A stretch of 64,000 nucleotides of DNA from Amoebophrya sp. A120 (Eukaryota; Protista; Dinoflagellata): NCBI GenBank assembly GCA_905178155.1, contig CAJINV010000018.1:848609-912608 (forward strand). The letters are read 5' to 3'. This document shows positions 61,535-64,000 of this stretch, in pieces. Under the pieces are notes generated by a model. That model searched no databases. It saw nothing but the letters and a program-made list of their open reading frames with translations, and was not told the origin of the DNA. Each line of letters begins with the position of its first letter. Positions within the stretch are counted from its first letter, which is position 1. The position numbers and the translations under genes were made by a program.

Positions 61535-64000
61535 TCACCGAAACAGCTCTGGCACCGGCGCGGACACGTACTTGCTGGGCATGTGCGGCTGCAAGTGATC
61601 GTATCCGGGAACGTAGGGCGTGATCACACCAAACGCCCCATGAACGCACGCGTGATTTTTCATCCCGGTCGTTGCGCTCCCCATTCCGTACCCCATTCCC
61701 GCTTCCCGTCGGCTGTACCAGAGATAGTCAAGGTGTCGCTTGGCCTCCTCCTTTTTCTCGTATTTGGTCAGTTTCGCGCTGCTCTCGATTTCGTAGATCT
61801 TGTAGAGACCGTTTTTGTCGTCGCAATTGTCCCGTAGATACTTTGACCGCAGGCAGCTGACGTGGTTGCAGTTGAAGTACGTGGCCGACTCGCCGTGCAG
61901 CGCCCGCCGCTGCAGCATTTCCTCGTACAGGAGCGGCTCTGTCGCCTGGATACTGCCGCCTGATTCGTCTTTCGGCTCGTTCCATATCTCCATGTTGTAC
62001 AGGGTGAGAAAGTAGAGCCCAAAGTGCACCAAGACAAGCAGGAACTTCACCTCCTGCAGATCCAGGTAGCCGACCCGGTCCCCAAAAATCGCCGCCACGT
62101 AGAGGATATGAACTGAAAAAGTATTGCATCGCATTCGTATAAATGCATTACAAATTTCCTCAGCATGAGAAATACACTTTGTAATGCGAATTTACCTTAA
62201 GAAAAAGATTTGTAATGCACGATTGCAATACGAGTACTATACTTTTGCACAGGATAGAGAATCTGGAAGAGGCAGAATCCCCAAAGCAGGAAGGCGATTT
62301 TGCACGAAGAATTGCTGGTGATCGAAGTCTATGAACTGCAAAAGGAGTACCTACTATCGTACTAGTTGAAATTGCAATACATCTTGCTCAGCATTACACA
62401 TGGAATTTGTCGTGCTGATTCAGCTCACGAGAAAAATTCCTCATGCATAACTGCAATATTAGTACGAATGCGATACTTTTACAGTTGATAGAGTCTTTGC
62501 GTACAGCCGGTTCGTGGCCAACAGGCAGAGGTAGTAGTGGAGAACCAGGACAAGCACCAGAAAGACCGACAAAAAACACACGTAATCCACGTCAAGTTGG
62601 TATCCTGTGCGAAAGATGCACGGTGATAGTTCTACTGACCTAGCGCTAGCGCATTGCAGCTGCACAAATTTTTTTTATCCTTATGCACAAAAAAATATCT
62701 CCGAACAATTTTTGCACAGGATAGACGGAGCCAGATGACGAAGGCAAACACCGTGACCAGGAGCGTGACGTACTTGGACGGGTAGTCGAACCGGGCGGGC
62801 ATGATGAGCCTCTCCGCCGACATTTTGCTGAAGCTACGGCTGTATCAAATGTAAAAATGTCTGCATCTGGAAACTTGTGATGCTGGGTGGCGTCTCATGA
62901 TGAGGCCACAAATGCTGGCGCAGCATGACAAGTTTCTGAGCTCCCGGATGTTGCCTATTCTGCATGACAAACTGCGTTTCTGCATGACGGAAAAACGGAG
63001 CTCTTGGGTAACGTGCATTACAGACTTAAGAGTCATGCCAGACAAGCATGACAAACATGCATTCTTCTAGACCCAGACACTTTTGCATTTGATAGGCTGC
63101 GGATCACGTGTTTGGCGATGTAGTTGGGTAGGAGAATGTCAAACAGCAGGTCGAAGAGCAGGACGGAAACCGAAATATCCTGTGCAAAAGCATCGCAATC
63201 GTAGCAATTGCAATTCTGCATTTACAAATCTCCATCCCAAGGCAAAACGGCATGACAAAGTCCATTTGTAGTCATGCTGAGGTTCTTTATAAATGCAATT
63301 ACTACTAGTACGATGCTTTTGCAGTTCATACGAGAACGGAAACAGCAGCTCCCACACTTCCATCGCTAGCAGTGCGTCCACCTGCTGACTCTCCGTCCGC
63401 GGGGTGCCGGCGGAGTTGGTGGCGACGACACTGTAGCCATCGTTTTCGTAGGCCGCACTCTGGGTTTCGTAAACCATGTCTTCGATCTTTCCCTGGCTCG
63501 CGATCCACATGCAGAGGAAATCGAACATGAGCATGGCAATCACGGCAAAATAGGTGACGACGAAAAAGACCAGGTTTCGCGTTTCTCCGGACGTGAATCC
63601 GACGGAGTCGATATCCTGAGTAAAAACATCCCCACCCCAGAGTTCTTATCATGCAGATTTGCAATTGCAGGAAGATTTGTAATGCGCACCCCCATGAGAG
63701 GCATTTCCAATCGTGTTTTGGAATTTATGATGCCGTAAACAGAATAGGTAGATGGGTTTGTGATGCGGTTGAACTTGCTAGACTGCACTACAATGCAGAA
63801 AGGAACTTGTCATGCGCGACTCCCAAAGCTTCTGGATTTGTGTCGCGAGATCCCCGTCTTGGCTCTGGTGTGGGGACGTTTTTCCTCTCAATAATCGAAG
63901 ATGTTCCCGCCCACCCGGATCAGCTGCATGGCCCCCACGGCGGGCACGAGCCCGGCGATCCAGTCGGTTAGCATGGGCATCTCGATCCCGGGGGTGCGTG
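61535..64000 (-). CDS. Polytopic membrane protein (TMC/OSCA/anoctamin-like C-terminal half); 5' part lies outside the window
   Basis: At least 6 hydrophobic segments in a continuous frame after removing 6 introners; FDYPSKYVTLLVTVFAFVIW motif; family assignment is tentative. Confidence 0.65.
62107..62256. mobile_element. Introner family A
   Basis: TSD gagga/gagaa. Confidence 0.88.
62330..62490. mobile_element. Introner family A
   Basis: TSD aagtc/gagtc. Confidence 0.88.
62601..62723. mobile_element. Introner, short A-like
   Basis: TATCCTGTGC / GCACAGGATA; flanks gttgg/gacgg. Confidence 0.8.
62843..63094. mobile_element. Introner family B
   Basis: TSD ggctg/ggctg. Confidence 0.9.
63176..63330. 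mobile_element. Introner family A
   Basis: TSD cgaaa/cgaga. Confidence 0.88.
63612..63893. mobile_element. Introner family D
   Basis: TSD gtcga/atcga. Confidence 0.9.

Noticed and set aside
555-63893. Strong target-site consensus or an obligatory G giving a GT donor
   Set aside because: TSDs are diverse, and the sense base before TAT can be G, A, C or T.

Overview
Eukaryotic genomic DNA, most likely an Amoebophrya-like (Syndiniales, dinoflagellate) parasite. This is inferred from a dinoflagellate spliced-leader relic, all genes lying on the minus strand, and a dinoflagellate-type coiled-coil gene family. About 12 genes were reconstructed by hand: a helical-repeat-like protein, a GH49 dextranase-like enzyme, a kinesin, a GMD/RMD-family SDR, a PP2C-like protein, gamma-COP, eRF3 with a Q/G/W/Y prion-like N-terminus, a secreted coiled-coil protein, a polytopic membrane protein, and several unknowns. 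The dominant feature is about 55 palindromic introner elements of 115-395 bp (one expanded to 1.08 kb) in at least 6 families. Nearly all have TAT...ATA termini and a 5-bp target-site duplication (TSD). They sit in either orientation inside coding exons, and removing the element plus 5 nt restores the reading frame without needing GT-AG. All families share an internal TGTNATGC/GCATNACA motif. Nested inside introners are a spliced-leader-capped 116-bp retro-insert with a 17-bp TSD and a Helitron-like element. Two larger TIR-bounded, satellite-filled elements (2.6 kb and 3.1 kb) are also present. No transposase ORF was recognised. Exon models and family names come from reading motifs by eye, not from database searches.
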